Shown here: positions 7,222 through 16,535 of the stretch, piece by piece | Layout: the number at the start of each line of letters is the position of its first letter | How positions within the stretch are numbered: position 1 is the first letter of the stretch | Translations under genes and position numbers: made by a program | Notes under the pieces: model-generated | The model's database searches: none | Seen by the model: the letters and a program-made list of their open reading frames with translations, nothing else | What the model was told of the DNA's origin: nothing | Assembly: GCA_041391465.1 (NCBI GenBank) | Contig: JAWKNX010000014.1 | Span: forward strand, 14,958 to 78,957 | DNA length: 64,000 nucleotides | Direction: 5' to 3' | DNA from: Bdellovibrionales bacterium | Lineage (GTDB): Bacteria; Bdellovibrionota; Bdellovibrionia; Bdellovibrionales; UBA1609

Positions 7222-8561
7222 AAAGCATTTCACTCTTTAGGCACATCAATAGCTCCCTTAATCCGTATCGCTGGGCCATTTCTGTTGTGGTTGCAGTTTT
7301 AATTTCGGGATTGTTTGCCGTCATCACTTTGGTTCATCGCCTTGACTCCGACAGAAAAATGGCAAAATCGCTATCACCATATCTGGCTACGTTGGTAGAG
7401 TCCTCTGACCGCCCGGAGCTGTTGCGAGTTTTGCATTCCGTTTCTGAGACCACACAGTCAGAGCTAGTCTTAGTTCAAGATGGATTGGTGTTTGCCACAA
7501 GTGGCGAGGTAACAGAACTTGATCGTCCTTTTGTAAAACCAAATACAAAACTGCGTTTCTTTGAAATGGATTTCGGCTTGGATGAAGTAATCACCACAAC
7601 CGCCATTCGTGACGGAGTTGTAATTTATATTCTTTCACCATTGTTGCCGTCCATAAAAAGCACCGTGGGAATTTTTATTGCAGTTTTTGTGGCCAGTATT
7701 TTAATTTCACTCTTTTCGGCTCGGCAAATGAGACGCGCCATTAAAACAGCCCTGCTCCCGATGGATCAGCTTCATGCCGAGATCAGGGGCCTAGTAAGCG
7801 ATATTGCGCCGAACTCGGCGCCTATTCAAATTCGTGAACTTGAGGAAATCAGGAATACAGTATGTTCAACCAAAGTGGCCCTTGAAAATGCCAAAGATCA
7901 ACTTGCCGAAAATAAGGCAAAGAAACTGTCCTCCGATTCTTATAAGCGATTGATTCACGATCTTCATAATCCTGTGGCTGCCTTAAGGCAGATGGCAACA
8001 CTTGCCAATGATGAAGCACAAGACAATGAAACGAAGATTGAGGCTACAATTGCTATGACTCGTCTTGTAGATCAGATTTTAAGTCAGGTTACTGCCGCCA
8101 AGAAAAATCTAGAAGAAGAACCCATTGCGCTTCGTGAGCTTAATATCATTGAGTGCGTTCAAGAGGGTGTTCGCCAAGTGCAATCGCTTAGTGGTGAGAA
8201 ATCTATAATCGCCAATTTTGATTCCGAAGAAGTGAATGTCCCACATGACCCGACTCTTCTTAAACGGGCCATCGTAAATCTTCTTGAAAACGGCATTGAG
8301 GCCGCAAAAAGCCAAGTTCGTATTTCAATAGTGAAAAATAATAATCAAGCCTTTATTCGCGTCTGTGATGATGGGCTTGGAATGGATGAAAATAAAGTTT
8401 CAGTTTACTTTCAAGGGCGTGGTCAATCAGGAAAGGCAAACCGTCAGGCATTTGGTCTTTCATCAACAAACCACATCGTGCGCTCTCATGGCGGTAAGTT
8501 GATTTATAAGCGTAGCGATCTTGGCGGCGCAAGTTTCGAGATTCGTTTGGGGGTAGTATGA
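7218..8561 (+). CDS. membrane sensor histidine kinase
   Basis: Start moved to MKSISLF (AGGTGG Shine-Dalgarno, ATGA overlap with the SBP stop). H-box LIHDLHNPVAAL, N-box NLLENGIEA, G-boxes DDGLGM and GLSS. Confidence 0.85.
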   Translation: MKSISLFRHINSSLNPYRWAISVVVAVLISGLFAVITLVHRLDSDRKMAKSLSPYLATLVESSDRPELLRVLHSVSETTQSELVLVQDGLVFATSGEVTELDRPFVKPNTKLRFFEMDFGLDEVITTTAIRDGVVIYILSPLLPSIKSTVGIFIAVFVASILISLFSARQMRRAIKTALLPMDQLHAEIRGLVSDIAPNSAPIQIRELEEIRNTVCSTKVALENAKDQLAENKAKKLSSDSYKRLIHDLHNPVAALRQMATLANDEAQDNETKIEATIAMTRLVDQILSQVTAAKKNLEEEPIALRELNIIECVQEGVRQVQSLSGEKSIIANFDSEEVNVPHDPTLLKRAIVNLLENGIEAAKSQVRISIVKNNNQAFIRVCDDGLGMDENKVSVYFQGRGQSGKANRQAFGLSSTNHIVRSHGGKLIYKRSDLGGASFEIRLGVV

Positions 8562-9919
8562 ACTTAAAACCAAAAATTCTAGTCTGCGACGATGACGCCG
8601 AGATTTTACGGACCCTGCATTTAAGTCTTCGTTCTAGCTTTGATGTTGTGACCGCAAATAGTGTAGAAAAAGCAAAAAAGCTTGTTCGCGATGATGACTT
8701 TGATGCTGCTGTTATAGATTTGAATTTCGAGGGTCAAGAGGAAGATGGAATCCACCTTCTAGACTTTATGAACAAAGAGTCTGCTGGAACTTTTTTGATT
8801 GTCCTAAGTGGCGATACCAGCACTCGGCGAATCGTTGAGGCGACCAGAAGAAAGCATTTTCAATTTATCGTAAAGGACGAAGGTTGTTACGACATTCTCT
8901 CTAATGCCCTAAAAAATGCCACTCAGCTCAGTGTAGCCAATCGAATGCACGCGCAAATGAAGTTTCTTACTCAATCTGCTGCGGTTAAAAAGGTTCTGAA
9001 AGAAGCTGAACAAATTATCAAGAGCCCCTCTGAATCACCCATTTTGATCTTGGGTGAAACTGGAACGGGTAAAGAATTTTTGGCCCAGCATATTGCGCTT
9101 AACCTAAAAATGAAGGCCGTAACAGCGAACATGGGCTGTATCCCAAAAGAAATGGCCGAAAGTATCTTATTTGGCCACGAGCGCGGCGCCTTCACTGGAG
9201 CCGTAGCGAATCAAACTGGACTTATTGAAACTGCGCATAACGGGATTTTCTTTCTTGATGAAGTTGGAGAATGTTCTTCATCAGTTCAGACAAAACTTTT
9301 GCGAGTTCTTCAAGAAAAAGAAATTCAGCCTCTAGGTTCTAATAAAGTTAAAAAGATCAAAACGCGATTTATTGCAGCCACTCATCGAGATTTAAAAAAA
9401 CTCGTAGTTGATGGAACATTTCGTGAAGATTTACTTAATCGTTTGAACACCTTTATTCTGACGTTGCCGCCTTTGAGAGAACGCCCAGAAGATATTATTT
9501 TTTATGCGAACCTTTTTATAGAAGAATGCTCCCAGGGGAGAGAGCGTTTCTTTTTAACTCCTGATGGTGAAAACGAATTACTAGCCCACCGTTGGAGTGG
9601 AAATATCCGCGAGCTTAGAAACGTAATCGAAAGAATTGTGGTTTTATCAAATAAAACCACAATTGACAGAGCAGCCGTCGTAGAGGCTCTTGGCTATGGT
9701 CATTCGGCTAGCGGGCCAGTTTTGGTCCGAGCTGAGGTTGTAGAAACAAATGCTCGTAAAGATGAAGTCATTAAAACTCTCACCGAGTTCAACGGCAATA
9801 AACGCAAAGCTGCCGTTAGTCTTGGGATTAGTGAGGCGACACTTTACCGCTGGATCAATGATTTAGGCATTAAGAAAACCGTAGGCGCGCAGGCATCCAA
9901 AGAGAAGGTGCTTGCATGA
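8558..9919 (+). CDS. sigma-54-dependent response regulator (NtrC family)
   Basis: Receiver domain, then GETGTGKE Walker A, GHERGAFTGA (GAFTGA loop), FLDEVGE, and a C-terminal Fis-type HTH. Confidence 0.9.
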   Translation: MNLKPKILVCDDDAEILRTLHLSLRSSFDVVTANSVEKAKKLVRDDDFDAAVIDLNFEGQEEDGIHLLDFMNKESAGTFLIVLSGDTSTRRIVEATRRKHFQFIVKDEGCYDILSNALKNATQLSVANRMHAQMKFLTQSAAVKKVLKEAEQIIKSPSESPILILGETGTGKEFLAQHIALNLKMKAVTANMGCIPKEMAESILFGHERGAFTGAVANQTGLIETAHNGIFFLDEVGECSSSVQTKLLRVLQEKEIQPLGSNKVKKIKTRFIAATHRDLKKLVVDGTFREDLLNRLNTFILTLPPLRERPEDIIFYANLFIEECSQGRERFFLTPDGENELLAHRWSGNIRELRNVIERIVVLSNKTTIDRAAVVEALGYGHSASGPVLVRAEVVETNARKDEVIKTLTEFNGNKRKAAVSLGISEATLYRWINDLGIKKTVGAQASKEKVLA

Positions 9920-10692
9920 TTAAAATAACAAGCGTTCCATCTTGCACGACGGCTGCCCCTACATTGTTTTTAATTCCTGGGGGGCCAGGGCTAAGTTCTT
10001 TAACTTTACGAAGTCTTGATATTTTAAATCGAAGCTTCAATCTTCTTTATGTCGATTTTCATGGAACAAATGGGAATCCCTATACGGGTAAAAAATCTTT
10101 TGTGGAGTTATCCTCTAAACTCAACAAAGAGATTCAGAAAGTATCTGGTAAAAAATATGTCCTGGGTCATTCTTATGGCGGATTGTTTGCCGCAAAGGCG
10201 TTTGGGGATGGGGTTGCAGATGGTCTTATTTGTGTAGCCACTCCTTTTTCAAAAAATACTCTATCAAAAGCTGGCGATAACTATCGTGCTCACATGACCG
10301 ATGCTTTGGCTAAAGCAGAGACTCAATGGAGCGAGAGTCAGGATGACAAATCTTTTGCAAGTTGGCTTTCTGAGTATGGTGGCCTTTATTTTAAAAATCC
10401 TGAGGGCAAAGCTCTTCTTCTGAATGATAAAGTTTCGGCTCAGTTCTTTTTGGATAATCGCTCTGATGCTCAATCACTTGAGTCTCTTTTGGCTTCACTT
10501 GCACAAAAGAAGGGCAAGAAAATATTTATCTCAGGAGGCGACGACAGATTGCTGTTGTCAGAAAATTTAAAAATGGATTCTGACCTTGGAGGATTTGAGT
10601 TTTTCAAGGTTCAAAATGCAAGTCACTTTGTGACTTTCGATCAGCCTGAAAAGGTCGCTGGGCTTATCGAAGATTTAGTAATGCGATCATAG
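9916..10692 (+). CDS. alpha/beta hydrolase
   Basis: GHSYGG nucleophile elbow, C-terminal ASHF. ATGA overlap with the upstream regulator gene. Confidence 0.7.
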   Translation: MIKITSVPSCTTAAPTLFLIPGGPGLSSLTLRSLDILNRSFNLLYVDFHGTNGNPYTGKKSFVELSSKLNKEIQKVSGKKYVLGHSYGGLFAAKAFGDGVADGLICVATPFSKNTLSKAGDNYRAHMTDALAKAETQWSESQDDKSFASWLSEYGGLYFKNPEGKALLLNDKVSAQFFLDNRSDAQSLESLLASLAQKKGKKIFISGGDDRLLLSENLKMDSDLGGFEFFKVQNASHFVTFDQPEKVAGLIEDLVMRS

Positions 10693-10700
10693 GGGGTATT

Positions 10701-11054
10701 ATGAAGAAAACATTACAAGCCATAGCTCTGATTTTGGCCATAGGAGCAACAGTTCAGACGATTAAGGCCTACGCACAGGAAGTGGTCTCATTCTCTGCTG
10801 AAGAAGAGCAGCATAAGATCACTCAGCTTATGGAGCTAAGAAAAGAGATGGCAGATAAAGGGCCAAACTTTGTTCCAGAAGAATCTGTATTAAGCTCTGA
10901 GTTTCCTGAGATCACAAATCAAGAACAGCTCAATGAGGCTTATATCCTCCACACGCTTCAGTACATTAAGGCTATCAGTGCAGAAAACACGTTTTTAGAC
11001 ATTCTTAAGCGACCAGAAGTGATGCGATTTATCGGAAGTGAACCAGGAATTTAA
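10701..11054 (+). CDS. secreted hypothetical protein
   Basis: 117 aa with signal peptide MKKTLQAIALILAIGATVQTIKAYA. Confidence 0.45.
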   Translation: MKKTLQAIALILAIGATVQTIKAYAQEVVSFSAEEEQHKITQLMELRKEMADKGPNFVPEESVLSSEFPEITNQEQLNEAYILHTLQYIKAISAENTFLDILKRPEVMRFIGSEPGI

Positions 11055-11589
11055 CGTGCAAAAAGACTTCGGCAAATACTTTGGATCAACAATGATGTTT
11101 GGGTTTGGTGTGTTGGCGTTGTATCGCTGGCATCAAACTCAACTTCTGTTTTTCTTGTTGTTGGTGATTCGAGATTTCGCCGCAGGATATTTTTTCTTAA
11201 AAAGAAATGTAGCCAAAGAAAAAGCGGCGTTAGTTCCAAGCGTGCTGGCCTATATCTCATCGTCAATGCCGCTTTTGTATTTTGGGCCTGTAGCCGCATC
11301 GAAGGCTCTTTTCTTAGGAGCTGACCTTCTATCTATCGCTGGATTCTTGATGGTGGCCTTCGCCACACTTGAACTTGGAACATCTATCGGGGTTACTCCA
11401 GCCAACCGTGGACTGGTTAACAGTGGCATTTATCGCCGTATCAAGCACCCCATGTATCTGGGGTATGTGATTTCAGAAGTAGGCATGGTGCTTTTGAATC
11501 CAGTGAACGCGGCGTTATTGGCCATTTCTGCTTCGCTCTATATTTTTAGAGCGACGTCTGAAAACAGAATCCTCAAAGGATCCAATTAG
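11038..11589 (+). CDS. isoprenylcysteine carboxyl methyltransferase (ICMT/PEMT) family membrane protein
   Basis: Multi-TM protein with the GIYRRIKHPMYLGY motif. The start could instead be the GTG at 11056. Confidence 0.65.
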   Translation: MNQEFNVQKDFGKYFGSTMMFGFGVLALYRWHQTQLLFFLLLVIRDFAAGYFFLKRNVAKEKAALVPSVLAYISSSMPLLYFGPVAASKALFLGADLLSIAGFLMVAFATLELGTSIGVTPANRGLVNSGIYRRIKHPMYLGYVISEVGMVLLNPVNAALLAISASLYIFRATSENRILKGSN

Positions 11590-11665
11590 CCTGTATCTGA
11601 ACCTTCCAATTATCTTAAAAGTATGGATACACACAGACGAAATAGATAAGATGACTTGTTCTAGG

Positions 11666-11679
11666 TTGATCTAGATCAT
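11666..11679. promoter_or_regulatory. FNR/Dnr-type box TTGATCTAGATCAT
   Basis: Palindrome with a TGA-N6-TCA core, centred about 58 nt upstream of the cytochrome c ATG. Confidence 0.6.
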
Positions 11680-11730
11680 ATGTGAAAAGCCAGAATAGAT
11701 TTAAAATAGAATCATTTGAAAGGACTGAAA

Positions 11731-12087
11731 ATGAAAAACCATGTATTTGCACTTCTCTGCGTTCTACTTACTTCTCCAATGGCTTTAGCCGGCAAACCGC
11801 TTCCTTCGTCTCCTGAATTAATTTCCAAAGGACAGGTATCTTACAAAACAAACTGCGCCGTCTGTCATGGTGATAAGGGTGATGGCAATGGGCCAGCAGG
11901 AGCAAGCCTCAACCCCAAAGCAAGAAACTTTATATCTGAGAAATATAAATTTGGATCAAAGCCTGAACAGGTCTTTAAAACAATTAGTGAAGGCTCGAAA
12001 AATACGTCAATGGCTGGATTTGCGCACTTATCTGAAGAGGAAAGATGGGGTTTAACGTATTACGTACTCGGCCTGAAGAAAAAGTAG
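11731..12087 (+). CDS. class I c-type cytochrome, secreted
   Basis: Start set at MKNHVF (AAGGA Shine-Dalgarno). Signal peptide, CAVCH heme site, distal Met region. Confidence 0.8.
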   Translation: MKNHVFALLCVLLTSPMALAGKPLPSSPELISKGQVSYKTNCAVCHGDKGDGNGPAGASLNPKARNFISEKYKFGSKPEQVFKTISEGSKNTSMAGFAHLSEEERWGLTYYVLGLKKK

Positions 12088-12091
12088 ACTG

Positions 12092-13849
12092 CTATTGAGC
12101 CTGATTAATCTTTGCAAACTCCGATTCCAGCAAGGTGCAGAATGATGAAATATGATCAACCGCACCCTCCTTCGATACGGTAAATGGGTTCATCAATGTC
12201 AAACGTAAGAGTTCTAGGTTCTCACAATCACATTCAATTCTTTCTGAGATAGAAAGTTGAGAAATCAGCTTATCAAAATAGTGTTTATTTAATGTTGTCT
12301 TTGATATCCAATACTCTCTGGACTCTTGAATTCGTGAATACAATGTTAAGGTTAGCTGGTTCATTTCGTTTAATGTCTTGGCATTTCCAATCGGTGCAAA
12401 ACACAAAATATTTGTGTCTAGCCCTTGTGGTATATATACATTAAAATTTAATTTTCTAATCTTACTTTCAAAGTCTTTTTTTGCCTGTATGGTTCGTTTA
12501 AGAAGTTTTTTATATCCTCCAGATGAATCGAAAGATTTAATTGACGCATAGGTGGCAACTGCACCCGCTGAAGATCTAGATCCCTCGAGAGTGTAATTTC
12601 CTATGTTTTTTTCCTCACTTACTATATAGGGGCCCGTAAACGATCGCATAAAATAATTTTTTTGATCCTGACAAATAAATGCACCGGATGAATATGGAAC
12701 ATATCCCAATTTATGTGGATCCAAAGTAATAGAGTCAGACATGGCGATTGCTTTTAAGCTTGATTCCAACGCATCAGAAACTAATGATTCGCCTTTATTA
12801 ACTGGATCATTTACCAAACTACCCATAAACCCACCATAAGCGCCATCAACGTGTAACCAAATATCATAGCCCTCGTTGTTTCTGAATTCTTGTAGCACGC
12901 TCGAAATGGAATCAACAGGGTCGACTGTACCCAGCTCGGTCGTTCCAACTATTGCGACAACACCAAGTATGGGACGGCTGCATTTAATTGCCGATTGAAT
13001 TTCTTTTTTTAAGCTCTTTGCACAGGCACGGCCGCTCTGATCTAACTCAATGTACCCAATATTTGATTCTCCCATCCCTAAAAGATGCATAGCTTTTGGC
13101 CAAGAGTAATGCTTACTAGCCGAAACCAAAAGGAGAGGTTCTCCCAAGACAGAGTTGGTTTTTCTTAAAATTTGATCATAGGCATCGCGGCCGTTATTGA
13201 GGATGTAGAACTTTTGTACGTCGGCTTTCGAAGTGTTTTTATCTATCTGGGCAAAATTATTCCATCCCATATGAGCCGATTCGATGAGATTACATTTACC
13301 GAAGGCAACCCCTGTCGCAAGCCAGCGCGCCATTCGTTCACGAGCCCGGAATAAAAATTCAAAATTGGCTACTGTCCCTCCAGATGTGAAATGGCCAACC
13401 CCGTCACTGTAGCCTACGATCTTTTTTAAAAGCCCGATGGCTTCATTTTCCACCTCAGTTCCGACAAACGAAGCTTCCGGTGATATATTATTGGGATTAT
13501 GTAGCAACGTTATAAAATGCCCTAGCAATGCTGGCATACTTATTTCCGAGAACATGTGTCCAATATACCTAGGAGAGAATTTTGGAATTTCGTTTTCAAA
13601 CATTTTAACAATTTCAGATATTATTTTCTTCGTATGCAACTGCTGAGCAATAAACGCATCCAAGCGCTGATCTTCTTCGGAAATAGCTCGACCATCTTTA
13701 AAGTTTATTTGTTTTCGCCAAGCATACCAGCTTTGAAATATTTGTCTCAGAAGTCCTTCAAGCCAGTCCGCATTTTCGGCGGAAGGCCCCAGAAAGAGAC
13801 TCTTAATAGCTACCTCATCGGGTGGACATTTAGCACTTTTCAGAATCAC
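12092..13849 (-). CDS. group II pyridoxal-dependent decarboxylase (tyrosine/glutamate decarboxylase-like)
   Basis: HFTSGGTVANF and DPHKLGYVPYSSG (PLP lysine). The track ORF runs to 13969 but overlaps nnrS by 140 nt. A GTG at 13849 reduces the overlap to 20 nt. Confidence 0.75.
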   Translation of the reverse strand: MILKSAKCPPDEVAIKSLFLGPSAENADWLEGLLRQIFQSWYAWRKQINFKDGRAISEEDQRLDAFIAQQLHTKKIISEIVKMFENEIPKFSPRYIGHMFSEISMPALLGHFITLLHNPNNISPEASFVGTEVENEAIGLLKKIVGYSDGVGHFTSGGTVANFEFLFRARERMARWLATGVAFGKCNLIESAHMGWNNFAQIDKNTSKADVQKFYILNNGRDAYDQILRKTNSVLGEPLLLVSASKHYSWPKAMHLLGMGESNIGYIELDQSGRACAKSLKKEIQSAIKCSRPILGVVAIVGTTELGTVDPVDSISSVLQEFRNNEGYDIWLHVDGAYGGFMGSLVNDPVNKGESLVSDALESSLKAIAMSDSITLDPHKLGYVPYSSGAFICQDQKNYFMRSFTGPYIVSEEKNIGNYTLEGSRSSAGAVATYASIKSFDSSGGYKKLLKRTIQAKKDFESKIRKLNFNVYIPQGLDTNILCFAPIGNAKTLNEMNQLTLTLYSRIQESREYWISKTTLNKHYFDKLISQLSISERIECDCENLELLRLTLMNPFTVSKEGAVDHISSFCTLLESEFAKINQAQ

Positions 13850-14984
13850 ACTCTCCCATAAAAAGGACTGTTCGCAGAAACAATCCCCAAATAAACAATC
13901 CCAACAGGAAAAAAGTTGCAGCCAGAGCATAAAAATGAAGAATGAGTTCCCCACTGAAAAGTGGTCCAATGGCTCTAAAGACTGTGGCAGTCAAGAAAGC
14001 AAAAAAGAATGCTAAAATAGCATTTGCTGATTTTTCCAACTCTAGATTTGCGCCACCATGAGCTAAGGATACTCGAACTGAAACCAAAAAGGTTAAAGAT
14101 GCAATACCCGCTATGTAAAGAATATGAATTAGATGCATTTTATAAGTTGGAAAAAAAAGAATTAAAAAATAACTTAATGGAAACATGAAGGCAGCTGTTG
14201 AAATCGAGATGCCAAGATTCGATTTTTCAGACATCGGCTTTAAAAACCTAAAGTTCTTCAACAGCACAAAACTCATTGTTAATGCACGAATGAGTATTCC
14301 TAGTTCACTTGATAAAAATACTTCAATGAGAAATGATCCGTTAAAAACGACTGCTTCTGTAAAAAACATCTGATGGCTTAATTCATTAACCTCGGCTGGG
14401 GATAAAGCCATGGATTTTCGTGTTAAAACTGGAATAAGCCTACTTCCCAAACCTATAATTAAGTTCAGGACAAATCCTTCGTATAAAAAGAGCTTGCCGA
14501 GCGCTAGCACACTAATAAATCCAAAATTTGAAAACAGGACAAGCACGGATCCAGTTAAGCCAGACACTAACCCGAGCGGGATAAAAATGAATCCAGTTGG
14601 AAGCTCTCGATCCTTCATTTTTAATTTTCTTCTAACAAAAAATGAAATCAAAAAGGTGAACATTCCTGTAGAAACCAAGAATGTAAAAGGATCATGACCC
14701 AAAAAGCTACATATCATAAAAAGCATAACAAGACCGCTGGCGATACTTTTTTCTAATAAACTTGCAGATTGAGTTCCCGTCATTCTGGGTACTGCCGTCA
14801 TAAGAAATCCAGACACATAGCTAAAAACGAAGCCAAGAATCATGATTTGTGAGTGGGTTTTTATTGGATATTCTGCAATGATTCCCAAGTAGAATAGAAT
14901 CCATTGTCCAACCCCTACAATTGAACAAAGAGCCCCTAGAATAAAAAGACCTTTATATGGTTCTGATCGGAAAAATCGCTTCAT
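13830..14984 (-). CDS. nnrS: NnrS-family heme-copper membrane protein (NO-stress associated)
   Basis: 384 aa, about 12 TM segments. The N-terminal region ...HSQIMILGFVFSYVSGFLMTAVPRMTG matches the NnrS signature. Confidence 0.75.
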   Translation of the reverse strand: MKRFFRSEPYKGLFILGALCSIVGVGQWILFYLGIIAEYPIKTHSQIMILGFVFSYVSGFLMTAVPRMTGTQSASLLEKSIASGLVMLFMICSFLGHDPFTFLVSTGMFTFLISFFVRRKLKMKDRELPTGFIFIPLGLVSGLTGSVLVLFSNFGFISVLALGKLFLYEGFVLNLIIGLGSRLIPVLTRKSMALSPAEVNELSHQMFFTEAVVFNGSFLIEVFLSSELGILIRALTMSFVLLKNFRFLKPMSEKSNLGISISTAAFMFPLSYFLILFFPTYKMHLIHILYIAGIASLTFLVSVRVSLAHGGANLELEKSANAILAFFFAFLTATVFRAIGPLFSGELILHFYALAATFFLLGLFIWGLFLRTVLFMGECDSEKC

Positions 14985-15029
14985 AATCCTGCCTATTAGC
15001 AGACTACGATAACTAGCTTAAAAAAGCTT

Positions 15030-15043
15030 ATGATTTAGATCAG
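15030..15043. promoter_or_regulatory. FNR/Dnr-type box ATGATTTAGATCAG
   Basis: Centred about 52 nt upstream of the nnrS ATG. Overlaps the stop codon of the upstream Crp/Fnr gene. Confidence 0.55.
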
Positions 15044-15738
15044 GGCTCTAGATGCTTCAAAAGTTTTTCAACGTAAATAATTTCGGTTCCCTTGTCAGAG
15101 GGTCGATAGATGGTGCCATCGTCTTGCCAGTCTCGCATAGATCTAATAACACTCTCGACGGCAACACCAAGGGCGTCGGCTATTTCTTGACGGGTAAGAC
15201 TTAAAGATAAGGTTTGGTTCGAGTTCTCGGAATCTTGATCTAAGTGACGCATCAAAAGATTTGCGATACGAACTCGTAACGGCGAAGTCGACATTGTCTT
15301 ATCATCTTGAATATTGCTCATTCGCCGGTAAAGCAGGCTATTAAGCCTGCTTTGTATATTGACATCAGACTGCCAATACTGCTTAAAAGTTGACTTTGGA
15401 ATACAAACAATACGAGTGGGGCCCATGGACTTTGCAGATATAGGATAAATAGCTCTTTCATTTTGGTTCATCAACAACGCCCCGACAACATCACCTTGGA
15501 CAGCAAAATGCATGATTATATCTTCGCCGCGAGGGCTATGCCGGAGAAGTTTTATAGCACCGTCCAAAACGATACAAAAACTTTGAGCAGTATCACCGGC
15601 CCTAAAGAAAAACTCCCGATGCTTTAAGCTCTTGGTAACTGCACCAAACGCAGCTTTCTCAACGAAACTACGGTTAAGACCTTTGAACAATTCAAAAGAA
15701 GACAGTTTTTCATAATCTACAGAAACTAAGCCGGCCAT
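15040..15738 (-). CDS. Crp/Fnr-family regulator, Dnr/NnrR-like (no FNR Cys cluster)
   Basis: cNMP-binding-like beta-roll plus C-terminal HTH TRQEIADALGVAVESVIRSM. Lacks the N-terminal Cys motif. Confidence 0.85.
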   Translation of the reverse strand: MAGLVSVDYEKLSSFELFKGLNRSFVEKAAFGAVTKSLKHREFFFRAGDTAQSFCIVLDGAIKLLRHSPRGEDIIMHFAVQGDVVGALLMNQNERAIYPISAKSMGPTRIVCIPKSTFKQYWQSDVNIQSRLNSLLYRRMSNIQDDKTMSTSPLRVRIANLLMRHLDQDSENSNQTLSLSLTRQEIADALGVAVESVIRSMRDWQDDGTIYRPSDKGTEIIYVEKLLKHLEP

Positions 15739-15781
15739 AGACAGAACCTTAACCTAAAGCGTTATTTCTGTCTATTTAAGA

Positions 15782-16072
15782 TTACTCTTTTGGCTGTGCA
15801 CCACAACAGCCGCAGCAACTCTCTTTCCCAAGAGATGCCTGTGATTTTCGCTCAATCAGATAGGCCGCGTCGCCCTTCGATGCATTGCTCGCTCTGACCC
15901 AGCGATACCCATTTAAACCGGACGAGGACAGCTCCGATTCAATTTCGCCTGGATTACGATCGTCGGAGAATGAAAAGGCAGAGCCTTCGCTTAACCCCTC
16001 GATCATCGCGTATAAAAGGGCTTGCCGATACTTCGGAGCAAAAATCTTTAGGTCAATTGTTGGAATATTCAA
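15782..16072 (-). CDS. DUF2249-like protein with C-terminal CCGCCG tail
   Basis: Start set at the in-frame TTG at 16072 (AAGGAGGA Shine-Dalgarno), after the upstream gene stop at 16092. IDLKIF...LSEGSAFSFSDDRNP...YRW resembles DUF2249. The tail is ESCCGCCGAQ. Confidence 0.55.
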   Translation of the reverse strand: MNIPTIDLKIFAPKYRQALLYAMIEGLSEGSAFSFSDDRNPGEIESELSSSGLNGYRWVRASNASKGDAAYLIERKSQASLGKESCCGCCGAQPKE

Positions 16073-16091
16073 ACATCCTCCTTTATTGAGT

Positions 16092-16433
16092 TTAAAACTT
16101 ATATCCAATGCCCAATGCCGAATACCATACAGAACCATAGTAATATGAAGGGATGGCTAGAAACATCTTATCTCGTCCTACAAACAAGCCAGCACCTAAG
16201 ATGGGAGACCACTCATTGACAGAACTGTTGTGTCTAATTGAGGGGAAAAAGCTAAGTCCTCCAAAATAACCCTTATATTCGAATTTGACATTTGGACCAC
16301 CGAAGTTAAGAAAGGAATTCCCTGAGTTGAAAGCTACACTTGGCATACCAAATATTTTGAGTTCGTCATCAGCATAAGAATGATTTGAGGCCGAAAACAA
16401 TAGCACCAGACAAAATAAGTATTTAAGCATCAC
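16092..16433 (-). CDS. small secreted, Gly/aromatic-rich beta-barrel-like protein
   Basis: 113 aa with a signal peptide. Alternating aromatic/Gly pattern, ends in ...GIGYKF (outer-membrane-like C-terminal Phe). Confidence 0.45.
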   Translation of the reverse strand: MMLKYLFCLVLLFSASNHSYADDELKIFGMPSVAFNSGNSFLNFGGPNVKFEYKGYFGGLSFFPSIRHNSSVNEWSPILGAGLFVGRDKMFLAIPSYYYGSVWYSALGIGYKF

Positions 16434-16486
16434 TTGCAGAACCCTCGCCTCTAGAACAGCCTACAAGACGATTGACCAGAGCACTT

Positions 16487-16500
16487 ATGACCTAGGTCAT
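16487..16500. promoter_or_regulatory. FNR/Dnr-type box ATGACCTAGGTCAT (perfect palindrome)
   Basis: In the divergent intergenic region: about 42 nt from the crp2 ATG and about 60 nt from the 16433 ATG. Confidence 0.6.
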
Positions 16501-16535
16501 TAACTATTTAAATAATAAAATACTACCCTTTAAGT

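Noticed and set aside
13850-13969. Long N-terminal extension of the PLP decarboxylase ORF (MDHFSVGNSFFIFMLW...)
   Set aside because: It overlaps the nnrS C-terminus by 140 nt and is Cys/Phe-rich nonsense-like sequence. A GTG at 13849 gives a normal decarboxylase N-terminus.
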